Source: a virus | Taxonomy: Duplodnaviria; Caudoviricetes | DNA: 41,412 nucleotides | Virus record (IMG/VR): IMGVR_UViG_3300036982_000284 | Location: 1-41,412 of that record | Direction: 5' to 3' (one strand) | Shown: piece by piece, positions 18,584 through 26,946 of the stretch | Position numbering within the stretch: position 1 is the first letter of the stretch | How the letters are laid out: every line of letters starts with the position of its first letter | The notes under the pieces: model-generated | Seen by the model: only the letters and a program-made list of their open reading frames with translations | What the model was told of the DNA's origin: nothing | The model's database searches: none | Program-made: the position numbers and the translations under genes

Positions 18584-19210
18584 ATGGCATCGCAATTCGA
18601 TGACGTTCGGATTTCAGGGACTCTGGCAATCAAAGAGACGGGCGTTTCCGCACAGACACGGGCGTCAATTCTCAAGCAAGACGCACTAGCAATCTTTCCC
18701 ATCCGACTGACTGGCCTGCGGGTATGGGATGCGTTTCACACAAATCTGCCCGGCACTGCGGCCGCCGACGATCTTGCATTGATTGGAACGACTTTCGGCA
18801 CGACTGCTCCAGTCGTGACGGCTGGCGACTGTAAGGCACTCGGAGCCACGAGCCGCTATGCTCGATTTATGGTTGAGCTTCCGGAGTGCTATGAGGCAGG
18901 CGAAACCGTTACGATTTCACTGTCGGCAGGCATGGTGACAACGGTTGCCTCGTCATCCTGCACTGTCGATGTCGAGTGCTACAAAATCGACAAGATCACT
19001 GGCATCGGATCGGATCTCTGTACAACGTCAGCGACAACCATCAATTCGCTCGTGTTTGCTGCCAAGGTATTCACGATCACGCCTTCCGGGTTGACGGCTG
19101 GTGATGTTTTGGATGTGCGGTTGACAATTGCATGTAACGATGCAGCCACTGGCACGGCAGTCACGCCGACAATTGCGGGGATTGATCTCCTGTGTGATAT
19201 CAAGGGGTAA
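18584..19210 (+). CDS. Putative tail protein
   Basis: Thr/Ala/Gly-rich; tail module. Confidence 0.6.
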   Translation: MASQFDDVRISGTLAIKETGVSAQTRASILKQDALAIFPIRLTGLRVWDAFHTNLPGTAAADDLALIGTTFGTTAPVVTAGDCKALGATSRYARFMVELPECYEAGETVTISLSAGMVTTVASSSCTVDVECYKIDKITGIGSDLCTTSATTINSLVFAAKVFTITPSGLTAGDVLDVRLTIACNDAATGTAVTPTIAGIDLLCDIKG

Positions 19211-19212
19211 TC

Positions 19213-19608
19213 ATGGACGCGATCGCCGCACTGACGCCAGATCAAGCCCGAAAGCTCTGGCACGATTATTTATCTCGCCAGCAACTGAATCCGCATCTGA
19301 CGAGCAACTATCCGGAGCGGCGGCCGGTCGTAGACAGGTCAACAAGACGCTTGCAGGTCATTCTGTCGGGCGATCTAATGGCTGCGGTGAATACGAAGCG
19401 AGATCCAAGCACAGCAACGGCCAGAATTCTGCGCAGGAAAACGAACGGAGACTTAACGCTGTCCACTGAAGCAATAACGATCGTAAATCGCTTCACACAA
19501 ATCAGTGTCGACGCTGGAACCTACGCGAAAGCCGAATGGATTGATGGCGAATGGCAGCTATACGCCGCCGATTGTCCGGGTGGTTCAGCATCGTCAGGGG
19601 GCGTGTAA
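19213..19608 (+). CDS. Putative tail protein
   Basis: Coupled ORF in the tail module. Confidence 0.6.
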   Translation: MDAIAALTPDQARKLWHDYLSRQQLNPHLTSNYPERRPVVDRSTRRLQVILSGDLMAAVNTKRDPSTATARILRRKTNGDLTLSTEAITIVNRFTQISVDAGTYAKAEWIDGEWQLYAADCPGGSASSGGV

Positions 19609-20201
19609 TGTTGCTTGGATGCTGCCATTGTGGGGAAACGCCGCCGAGTGAATCAATACCACCGAGTGTGAGCCAGAGCGTTTCTCAAAGCGCATCGCAA
19701 AGTGATGCAATCAGTGGTATTTACGTTGATTGCCAGTTTTGTCTCGGCAACATTTATCCTGCTAGGGTTAGGCTCGATATACCTGCCTTTGGAACGGCGG
19801 GAGTCAATCAATGTGCAGCCTATACGGGTTCATACACGATCCCAAATGCGGGCGGCGGAAGTGTCGCGTATTTCAGCAACGAAAAGGTTCTGAACATCAA
19901 CACAGGCTTAAACACAAATATGACTAATGGGCCAAACCCGGCAAGCCGATTTGTGATTTCCTACAGTTGTGGACAAAGTCTTGATTCGCTGCCCGATGTT
20001 ACGGTGAATATCAGGTGGTCAACGACAGCGTCGTCATCAGCAGGTGCCTTGTCTTCGGTCCTTTATGAGTATTTCGCACCGACCGGAGTCGGTAGAATTA
20101 ACTGCCTGCTACCACTTACCTGTTTGAAAAAAACGGAACCCGGCGGAGCTAAGCCGTGTGATGGCACCTGGCCCGCAACAGTGACGCTGACGCCAGTATG
20201 A
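19608..20201 (+). CDS. Cys-rich putative tail-tip/receptor-binding protein with an SxSx linker
   Basis: TAATG coupling; MLLGCCHCG; PPSESIPPSVSQSVSQSASQS. Confidence 0.6.
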   Translation: MLLGCCHCGETPPSESIPPSVSQSVSQSASQSDAISGIYVDCQFCLGNIYPARVRLDIPAFGTAGVNQCAAYTGSYTIPNAGGGSVAYFSNEKVLNINTGLNTNMTNGPNPASRFVISYSCGQSLDSLPDVTVNIRWSTTASSSAGALSSVLYEYFAPTGVGRINCLLPLTCLKKTEPGGAKPCDGTWPATVTLTPV

Positions 20202-21274
20202 AACCATGCAAGCATCGACACATTGAAGCTGACACTTCCATCGTGTGTACAAACACCGATGATATGGTTCATTTCGGCAACGGCACAGTGAATGCTGAGT
20301 TTTGTTCAGTCTGTCCATTCGTAGCGGAGCCTGCGGTCGGTTTCTTCGCTCAAACGCAGCAACTACTGATTCAAAAAGCCCGTCGTGGAGAAATCACAGT
20401 AGCGGCAAAACCATGCGGCGGATGTGGCGAAACAAAACACAGAGCACCAGACGAGCCGACGATGCAATTTGTGTGGCCGTATTGGGACGGCGGGGCGCAG
20501 GCGGATGAACTGCGATGGTCTATCAGATCAGTCGAGACGTTCTTCCAAGGTAAGGCAAAGATCACAATCATCGGCGATAAGCCAGACTGGTATCACGGTC
20601 ATGTCATCCTAAAGAAAAGAGTCCCGCACACGAAGCCCAATCGAGCGTTTCGTGACATGCTTGGCAAGGTGTTTTACATTGCGACACACGCTGAGATCGA
20701 TCCAGAGTGCGTGTGGATGATGGACGACATTTACTTCCTGAAGCCGTTCACACTGGATGACGTCAAGACTCCCCGTGCGGAACCTTGGAGACCTGACGAG
20801 AGCAACAGTTGGCAGAAGCGGAAAACAGCGTCAATGGAAGCCTTGGCGGCTCGCGGATTGACTCAACACGACTACGCGACGCATTTGCCGCACTGGCTGG
20901 AGAAAGACAAGCTGCGGGCCATGTTCGACGACTTCAACCTGCACGAGCATACCATGCTCTGGGAAGTGCTGTACGGCAATGTGTATCGAGGAACGCCGCA
21001 ACGGACGCGGCCATTCTTCGCACGATTCCAGCATCAGGCAGACAAAGAGACATACAAGAGGCTGACTGTAAGCACGACTGTCATCAATAACACTGAGCCA
21101 GCGTGGTGCGATGGGCTGCATGACTTTCTCGCTGAAATGTTGTCGACTCCTTCAAGTGTTGAGGGTGAGCAGGCAGATTCAAAGCCTGCTTACGTGATTA
21201 CAAAGAAGGGGCCAAGGACGGTCAAGCGTCGGCCCTTAGAGACGCATCGAGAGTACATCGAGAGGCCGCAATGA
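20198..21274 (+). CDS. Stealth-like/GT-A fold sugar(-phosphate) transferase with a Cys-rich N-terminus
   Basis: DELRWSIRSV...IIGDKPDW, WMMDDIYFLKP, HLPH resemble Stealth conserved regions. Confidence 0.6.
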   Translation: MKPCKHRHIEADTSIVCTNTDDMVHFGNGTVNAEFCSVCPFVAEPAVGFFAQTQQLLIQKARRGEITVAAKPCGGCGETKHRAPDEPTMQFVWPYWDGGAQADELRWSIRSVETFFQGKAKITIIGDKPDWYHGHVILKKRVPHTKPNRAFRDMLGKVFYIATHAEIDPECVWMMDDIYFLKPFTLDDVKTPRAEPWRPDESNSWQKRKTASMEALAARGLTQHDYATHLPHWLEKDKLRAMFDDFNLHEHTMLWEVLYGNVYRGTPQRTRPFFARFQHQADKETYKRLTVSTTVINNTEPAWCDGLHDFLAEMLSTPSSVEGEQADSKPAYVITKKGPRTVKRRPLETHREYIERPQ

Positions 21275-22677
21275 TTCCGCATATTATGATCATTCAGTCG
21301 GCCTACACTGACCGCAGGCTATCGGAGCGACGGCTAGAAATCTCGCGCCAAACATCTATTCCATCACTGGCATACCAAACCGCCAAGCCGGTCATTCACA
21401 TTGCGGTCAATCCTGACGATCCGTTTTTGGCTGAGCGACTTGACGCATTCCAATCCACTGGCTGTGAAGTCAAACCGCTCTACAGACCAAACTGGAAACT
21501 GTACCGAGAGAACTGGGAGCTTCCAGAGGGGCGAAAGATTGTCAGCCGCATGGACGATGACGACGTAATCTGCAAGGAGTATTGCCAACGGACACGGGAA
21601 GCGGCCCCAGAGTCAGGCGAGTGGAATCTGATCTGGCCGAATGGATACGTTTTTTGGCGCGAGACATGCTACCTCTTGCACCATCCGGGCATTCAGTTTG
21701 TGACGCTCGTGACTGATCACGACAAAGATCCGCATCAGGAGCAGCACTGGGGATACCACAAACGCTGGCAAACAAAAGTCGTTTCCAATGCTGTCGGCTG
21801 GATCTGGGTTCGTCATGGCGATGCGGCATCATCAACGCTGCCAAGGTATCGCAAAGTCAAGCAAGGCGGCATTGACGCAAAACGGATTCCGATCAACCTG
21901 AGAGCAATTCTGCGGGCCATCGCGGACTCTGGAACAGCAAGCGGGAACTATACCGAACACCGCAATCCGGCACTGTTGGCCCATGTGCTACAGCAAAACA
22001 AGCGGCATGAACCAACAGCACCAGCGGGGCCGCGTTTCCTTGTCGTCGCCCCAACGCACCGATTGGCAGTTGCCCAGGCAACAATCGACGAACTGCAAAT
22101 GTCGTTCACGTACCCAACAGAGTTTCATGTTTTGGACGGCACGCCCTCGAAGTGTCACGCACTCAACAAAGCTCTGGAAGAACTGGTCGATCCGGCAAGG
22201 CATGACATTTACGTGACCATCGACGACGATATTCTGCCGGGGGAAAACTGGCAGCACTTTGTGGCCTGTGCCTTTGACCGCATTCCCAAGCTGGGAGCCT
22301 GCGGAGTCGACTACAGCGGAACTGAAGAAGGCCGGACGCTGATGAGCAACGCCATGAACTCACCAGTGCAGCAGGTTCGGGACATCCAGTTCCGCGATGC
22401 GACAGGCTACATGAATCTTGCGGGCGGGTGCTTTGCGATCAGGTCCGCACTAGCCAAAGAGATCGGCCCCTATCCCTTCGCAGACGACGGCAGGCAATAC
22501 CATGCTGACGAGGACGGCTGGCGATCGCATCAGGTTACGCGGCGCGGCTGGAAGGTTGGGTATGTGACGAATCCTAATGAGCCAGTCAGGATGATCACGC
22601 ACGAAAACACAGAGCAGTATATCCAGACGAAAGCAAAGGACGTAGAGGCGTGGCAAGCACGGCCAGTCTGGTCTTGA
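21271..22677 (+). CDS. Two-domain glycosyltransferase (GT-A + GT2-like)
   Basis: SIPSLAYQT...SRMDDDD (domain 1); KCHALN...TIDDDI...GGCFAIR...DED (domain 2). Confidence 0.75.
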   Translation: MIPHIMIIQSAYTDRRLSERRLEISRQTSIPSLAYQTAKPVIHIAVNPDDPFLAERLDAFQSTGCEVKPLYRPNWKLYRENWELPEGRKIVSRMDDDDVICKEYCQRTREAAPESGEWNLIWPNGYVFWRETCYLLHHPGIQFVTLVTDHDKDPHQEQHWGYHKRWQTKVVSNAVGWIWVRHGDAASSTLPRYRKVKQGGIDAKRIPINLRAILRAIADSGTASGNYTEHRNPALLAHVLQQNKRHEPTAPAGPRFLVVAPTHRLAVAQATIDELQMSFTYPTEFHVLDGTPSKCHALNKALEELVDPARHDIYVTIDDDILPGENWQHFVACAFDRIPKLGACGVDYSGTEEGRTLMSNAMNSPVQQVRDIQFRDATGYMNLAGGCFAIRSALAKEIGPYPFADDGRQYHADEDGWRSHQVTRRGWKVGYVTNPNEPVRMITHENTEQYIQTKAKDVEAWQARPVWS

Positions 22678-22728
22678 AGTCATAGTTACGGCCCCGGCGT
22701 CATGAACCGGACCAACGCAGTCTGGGAA

Positions 22729-22754
22729 GATCCTGAACCGATCGGTTCAGGATC
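22729..22754. terminator. Perfect 26-bp palindrome between convergent genes
   Basis: GATCCTGAACCGATCGGTTCAGGATC equals its own reverse complement. Confidence 0.7.
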
Positions 22755-22774
22755 GCTGCGTTTCACGCTATATC

Positions 22775-23014
22775 TTACTTCTGCTTAGCAGCGAAAATCT
22801 TGGCTCCCCAGAAGAACATTGCTAGGCCAGCGACGGCCCCCAGCGTTCCGAGCCATCCGAGGCAGTCGTAATAGAAATCATCGGATGGTGAGCCGACTTT
22901 GTTGCCTGCATAAGATGCGACTTGGCCAAAAGCAATCACCATTGCAATGCCGCCAACAAGCATAAAGCCAGCACCAGTTTTTGAGACCATCACCCACACC
23001 CCTTGACAACCCAT
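22775..23014 (-). CDS. Small two-TM membrane protein; the only credible minus-strand gene
   Basis: Two hydrophobic helices; fills a gap with no good + strand ORF; start uncertain. Confidence 0.65.
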   Translation of the reverse strand: MGCQGVWVMVSKTGAGFMLVGGIAMVIAFGQVASYAGNKVGSPSDDFYYDCLGWLGTLGAVAGLAMFFWGAKIFAAKQK

Positions 23015-23198
23015 ATCAGCAGCAGAATCGGGCCTGCGACAAGGCAGGCGCGGAGGTCACGGGCGATTCGGTGCGATGGGTTCATGTGAATCAGAATGAG
23101 CATGGCGGGGCGAATTGTCAACTGACTACCCAGCAGCCAGCCTCTCCGCAGTGCCACAAAATCTTTTCAGAAATCTTTTCCAACAGAGTGATTGTGTA

Positions 23199-23226
23199 TT
23201 GCACATTCAGCCGATGATGGTAATAT
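23199..23226 (+). promoter_or_regulatory. Sigma70-like promoter TTGCAC-N16-TAATAT
   Basis: AT-rich intergenic region upstream of ORF 23271. Confidence 0.5.
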
Positions 23227-23270
23227 TCCACCAGTCGAACGCAACGCAAACACGAACAAGGAAAAGAACG

Positions 23271-23468
23271 ATGATCACAACAGAACAACTCAATGCAGTA
23301 GCCGCAATGATCGGAACGACTGACAAGAATTTGGTTTTTACAGCTTGCATCAAAGCTCTGGTTGCATCCGGAATGGACGTAAAGCTGGCTATGGAATTTG
23401 TCCTCGGAAAAAACAATGTGGATTCTATGATTAGCGACCTTTACGACGGATTGCGAGCACAGGCATGA
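23271..23468 (+). CDS. Small hypothetical protein
   Basis: AAGGA RBS, ATG 23271; ATGA coupling downstream. Confidence 0.7.
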   Translation: MITTEQLNAVAAMIGTTDKNLVFTACIKALVASGMDVKLAMEFVLGKNNVDSMISDLYDGLRAQA

Positions 23469-23650
23469 TCGGAGGTAAACGCGAAGGGGCTGGCAGACCA
23501 GCCCCGCTAGGCCGAAAGGAAGTTTGCTCAGTTCGGTTGACTCCGGACGTGGCAAAGTTCTGCCGTCAGCATCCGGAAGGCTTCACAGTGCTGGAAGAGA
23601 AGCTCCGGGCGTGCAAAGAGTTTCGAGAGTGGTTGAAGGTCCAAAAATAA
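23465..23650 (+). CDS. Small DNA-binding protein (GGKREGAGRP hook + RHH-like)
   Basis: GGKREGAGRP...SVRLTPDV pattern. Confidence 0.65.
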   Translation: MIGGKREGAGRPAPLGRKEVCSVRLTPDVAKFCRQHPEGFTVLEEKLRACKEFREWLKVQK

Positions 23651-23666
23651 TACTCAAGATTATCTA

Positions 23667-23695
23667 TTGACAGTTCCGATACAAATTGCAAAGAT
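23667..23695 (+). promoter_or_regulatory. Probable promoter TTGACA-N17-AAAGAT
   Basis: Perfect -35, weak -10; just upstream of the structured leader. Confidence 0.45.
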
Positions 23696-23699
23696 CTTC

Positions 23700-23800
23700 T
23701 CAGCCGTACGAGGGCTGACCAGACAAATAATCGGTGAGTCAAAAGCTCACTGCCAAACCCGCATTGATAAGCTCGTACCTTGTCAACTGCGGGTTTTTTT
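23700..23800 (+). ncRNA. Structured leader/small RNA: three hairpins, complementary loops, terminator
   Basis: Hairpin 1 loop GTACGAG and hairpin 3 loop CTCGTAC; ends in a T7 tract. Confidence 0.65.
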
Positions 23801-23813
23801 ATGAAGTACGAAA

Positions 23814-23960
23814 ATGATCAGCATTGATCGCTTAGGGCAGATGCTCGAATATGACGGGCAGCGACTTCGATATTGTGATGTTGATATCGGAAATTCATCA
23901 CCATGGATGGCTGGCGCATCGCTGCTGGCTTTGATGCCAGCAGGGGAGGCCGCCCCATGA
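23814..23960 (+). CDS. 48-aa hypothetical protein
   Basis: Read by hand; ATGA overlap with the next gene. Confidence 0.45.
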   Translation: MISIDRLGQMLEYDGQRLRYCDVDIGNSSPWMAGASLLALMPAGEAAP

Positions 23961-24169
23961 TCCACCCGTGGAACATCAAATTCAATCGCAACGCAATCTG
24001 CACGCTGGTCGGTGACGATCGCAGAGTCCGGATTGAAGCCGTGCGAGTTAATCGATTTGGCGAAGTCATGTATGACGTGCGGGAAATCGAATCGAGCGAA
24101 GGCTATCCGGCACTGGAGGCCAGCTTGCGGTCGGCTGCAAATGCTGTAGGGATCGGGGGTGGCAAGTGA
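23957..24169 (+). CDS. Hypothetical protein
   Basis: GGAGG RBS; coupled at both ends. Confidence 0.6.
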   Translation: MIHPWNIKFNRNAICTLVGDDRRVRIEAVRVNRFGEVMYDVREIESSEGYPALEASLRSAANAVGIGGGK

Positions 24170-24450
24170 AAGCCAGGCCAATTCCTCACCGTGAGTCACG
24201 ATTTACCCCACTATGGCAAGTCGAAGACTACGAACGAAACGACGGTCGACGCTACACGCAATGGCTTTGCCAGTGCTCGTGTGGCGAAACGAAAAAGGTC
24301 GCGGCACATATAATTCGCAACGGGCACAACAAGTCCTGCGGATGCTTGCGAAGAGACAAGGCGAAAGCCAAGTGGGCGAGAGTCGCGGCGATGGGCCGCA
24401 AGGTTCATTCGGAAAACTGCAGACAGAGGAGACTGGCAAATGCTGAATAG
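24166..24450 (+). CDS. Zn-binding domain typical of the N-terminus of phage HNH endonucleases, lacking the nuclease domain
   Basis: WLCQCSCG...KSCGCLR; same pattern as in 40175..40846. Confidence 0.65.
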   Translation: MKARPIPHRESRFTPLWQVEDYERNDGRRYTQWLCQCSCGETKKVAAHIIRNGHNKSCGCLRRDKAKAKWARVAAMGRKVHSENCRQRRLANAE

Positions 24451-24580
24451 CTTACTTGCAACGCTGGTAATTGTATTGCTCGGGATTTTTGCTGCAGGCT
24501 CATGTGAGTTAGTAGAAGAACGAACTGAGCGGCGACGGGTGCAAAAGCACATCCGGAGCAAATACGGAAAGACTTACTAA
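24440..24580 (+). CDS. 46-aa single-TM protein
   Basis: GAGGAG RBS; MLNSLLATLVIVLLGIFAAG. Confidence 0.55.
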   Translation: MLNSLLATLVIVLLGIFAAGSCELVEERTERRRVQKHIRSKYGKTY

Positions 24581-24595
24581 TAACTTTTTTGGAGT

Positions 24596-25441
24596 GTGTT
24601 TATGAAAAGCGAAATAACTGTCGGCATCGAAACTATCACGCCGGAAGTAGCATCAAAAATGCTTGAATCTAGCGTAGGGAATTTTCGAAACATCGACAGG
24701 GGGCGTGTAGCAAAGTATGCCGCTGAGATGATCTCCGGGAACTGGCTTTTCAACGGAGAAACGATCAAGCTGAATGGGACATGCGTAATTGACGGCCAGC
24801 ATCGGCTTGCCGCAATAGTGAAATCAGGCGTCACTGTTGAATGCGTAGTGATTCGCAATCTCGACAAAATGACCGGCGTGACAATTGATTGTGGTAAGGG
24901 TCGTACTCTTTCCGACTGGGTGAAATACCGAGGAATAAAAAACGCTGTTTCCGTAACCTCAATGGCAAGAAACGTGGTCCTATACAACGCAGGTCGATGG
25001 GGATCTCAAAGCGTGTCGTCTGGTTACACAAAAGACAGCGACATCATTGAGTATATCGAATCGCACAACGAGCAATTGCAGGCTGCGCATCATATTTCAG
25101 ATCCATGTGCCGCAATTATTCCACGCTCGTTTCTCGGGGCTCTGCTGGTCATTGCCTGCGGCGGCAGATCGCCATCAGAGAACAATATGTGCAACTGGTT
25201 CTGTGATGCACTGCACTCAGGAAGCGGACTGAATGAAGGTGAGCCAGTGCTTGTGCTTCGCAATAAAATGATCGGCGTCGAAAAGTCGCGCCGGGAATCG
25301 CTCTTTCTGCAGAAGATGGTTCTGACGTTAGCGTGGAACAAAACAATCAAAGGCGAGAGAGTCAAGATTCTGAAGTACGCACTCACCGGGCCGACAGCGT
25401 CAAATCCAATTAGCACAATTGATCCCGCGCCGTGGGAATGA
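24596..25441 (+). CDS. ParB/Srx-like (DGQHR motif) protein
   Basis: ITPEVA..L..NFRNI..V..YA.EM..G.W..NGETI...IDGQHRLAAI. Confidence 0.8.
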   Translation: MFMKSEITVGIETITPEVASKMLESSVGNFRNIDRGRVAKYAAEMISGNWLFNGETIKLNGTCVIDGQHRLAAIVKSGVTVECVVIRNLDKMTGVTIDCGKGRTLSDWVKYRGIKNAVSVTSMARNVVLYNAGRWGSQSVSSGYTKDSDIIEYIESHNEQLQAAHHISDPCAAIIPRSFLGALLVIACGGRSPSENNMCNWFCDALHSGSGLNEGEPVLVLRNKMIGVEKSRRESLFLQKMVLTLAWNKTIKGERVKILKYALTGPTASNPISTIDPAPWE

Positions 25442-25678
25442 CTTACTAACCGGCGAGATCAAGGGATCACCGGATCAAATCGGAGCGGCTGAATCGTTTT
25501 CAGTCGTGGCCCCTTGCAACTGCGGGGGCCGAATCTATACGCGGTGAAGCGGTGAAACGCTGAGGCAAGTCGAAGGAATCGGGCCGCGTTGTTAATCCCT
25601 GTGAGTAGCCTGCCAGCGGTGGCGTTCGTGTTCGTCGATGGCTGCTCACAGGGTGTTTTTAACCCGAAAGGATTTCGC

Positions 25679-25960
25679 ATGCTAGTGCTTCGGCGGAGTG
25701 TCGCGGAAGAAGTAATTATCACGGTCGGTGAAGAAGTCATCGTCGTCAAGCTGGTTGACACGATCGGCGTGAACCATGCAAGGCTCGGCTTCACGGCCTC
25801 GAAGAACGTCAGGATCGATCGCAAGGAGATCCACGACGCTATTCAGGAGACCGGATTCAATCCAGAGGTCGCTCCGGTTAAGGCTCCTGCTCCGGTTTCC
25901 CACATTGCCCCGGATGCTGTCAGGTTGTGGCAGAAAACTCCAGTCCGGAGGGATGTCTGA
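25679..25960 (+). CDS. csrA: Carbon storage regulator CsrA/RsmA homologue
   Basis: AAAGGA RBS; MLVLRRSVAEEVII...VKLV...ARLGFTASKNVRIDRKEI. Confidence 0.9.
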   Translation: MLVLRRSVAEEVIITVGEEVIVVKLVDTIGVNHARLGFTASKNVRIDRKEIHDAIQETGFNPEVAPVKAPAPVSHIAPDAVRLWQKTPVRRDV

Positions 25961-26208
25961 TGTCAGGCAAGAAACAAGGGAGAAGGTCGTGTCGCATGCA
26001 CCCCCCTGTAGAACGAGAGCCGGTAACTCCAGACCCATCGCTAGAAGAGATTTGGGGCACTGAAACAACCTTTGGAATGGCTGAATCGATTCGCATGGAA
26101 CGTCCTGATCATCCCCAGAATAAGGGGCTGCATAGGCCCGTGCAAATACCGCAGTATTCGTTGAACATGTTGCCGGGAGGCTACGGAGTTTTAAGGGGAC
26201 AGGGATGA
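25960..26208 (+). CDS. Hypothetical protein (DPSLEEI motif)
   Basis: TGATG and ATGA coupling. Confidence 0.6.
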   Translation: MSGKKQGRRSCRMHPPVEREPVTPDPSLEEIWGTETTFGMAESIRMERPDHPQNKGLHRPVQIPQYSLNMLPGGYGVLRGQG

Positions 26209-26582
26209 TTCTTTACTCAGCGGAACTGCCAATCGAACTCAATAACGGCAACGACGGTCGAGGCGGCAAGTGGTTTTCGTCTGCGAAGGTGCGGACGAAG
26301 ATTGAGGCACTGCTGAGAGCTACAGGGCACGTCAGGCCGAAGCCGTTCGACCGTGCAGTGTGCTTGCTCGTGACTCGCATCCTTGGGCCACGGCAGCAGA
26401 AATGGGACGCTGACAGTTACCAGCGAGGCAATCTGAAGGAGCTGATTGACGCTCTGGTTGTGTGCGGTTGGTTCGTGGATGACGGGCCAAAGTTTATTGA
26501 AGAAGTACGGTTCAGGCAGTTAGCCAAAACCCCAAGGCCGGACAAGTCAACAACGCTGATTGAGGTGATGGGCAATGAGTAG
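26205..26582 (+). CDS. RusA-like Holliday junction resolvase
   Basis: WDADS..GNLKELIDALV..G.FVDD catalytic pattern. Confidence 0.75.
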   Translation: MILYSAELPIELNNGNDGRGGKWFSSAKVRTKIEALLRATGHVRPKPFDRAVCLLVTRILGPRQQKWDADSYQRGNLKELIDALVVCGWFVDDGPKFIEEVRFRQLAKTPRPDKSTTLIEVMGNE

Positions 26583-26946
26583 CGGGGCCGCATGGATTCG
26601 CTGGGACTCACGATGCCGCAACATGCCAGCACACGGCATGACCGCAGGCGATACTTATTACCTCGGGCTCCGTGACTATGTCGAAATGTACCCGTGCCCA
26701 AACGGGCTGCCGATTGACTGCCGAAAGCCATCAGAGGTTCCAGCATGGAACGACAGAGTAGCGAGAGCAAAACGAGACATTGAGAAGCACAGATCAGAAC
26801 AGCGAGTGCAGTTGCTCGCTGAAGACATTACCGACGAAACGATCCTTTTGGAAATTGAGGCAATACGACAATGGGCACGATCACTACGACAACCAACACA
26901 GTATCAGACTGGCTTACTCGCATCGATGCCAGCCGGAATGAGTTGA
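26575..26946 (+). CDS. Hypothetical protein
   Basis: Fills the gap, overlapping both neighbours. Confidence 0.5.
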   Translation: MSSGAAWIRWDSRCRNMPAHGMTAGDTYYLGLRDYVEMYPCPNGLPIDCRKPSEVPAWNDRVARAKRDIEKHRSEQRVQLLAEDITDETILLEIEAIRQWARSLRQPTQYQTGLLASMPAGMS

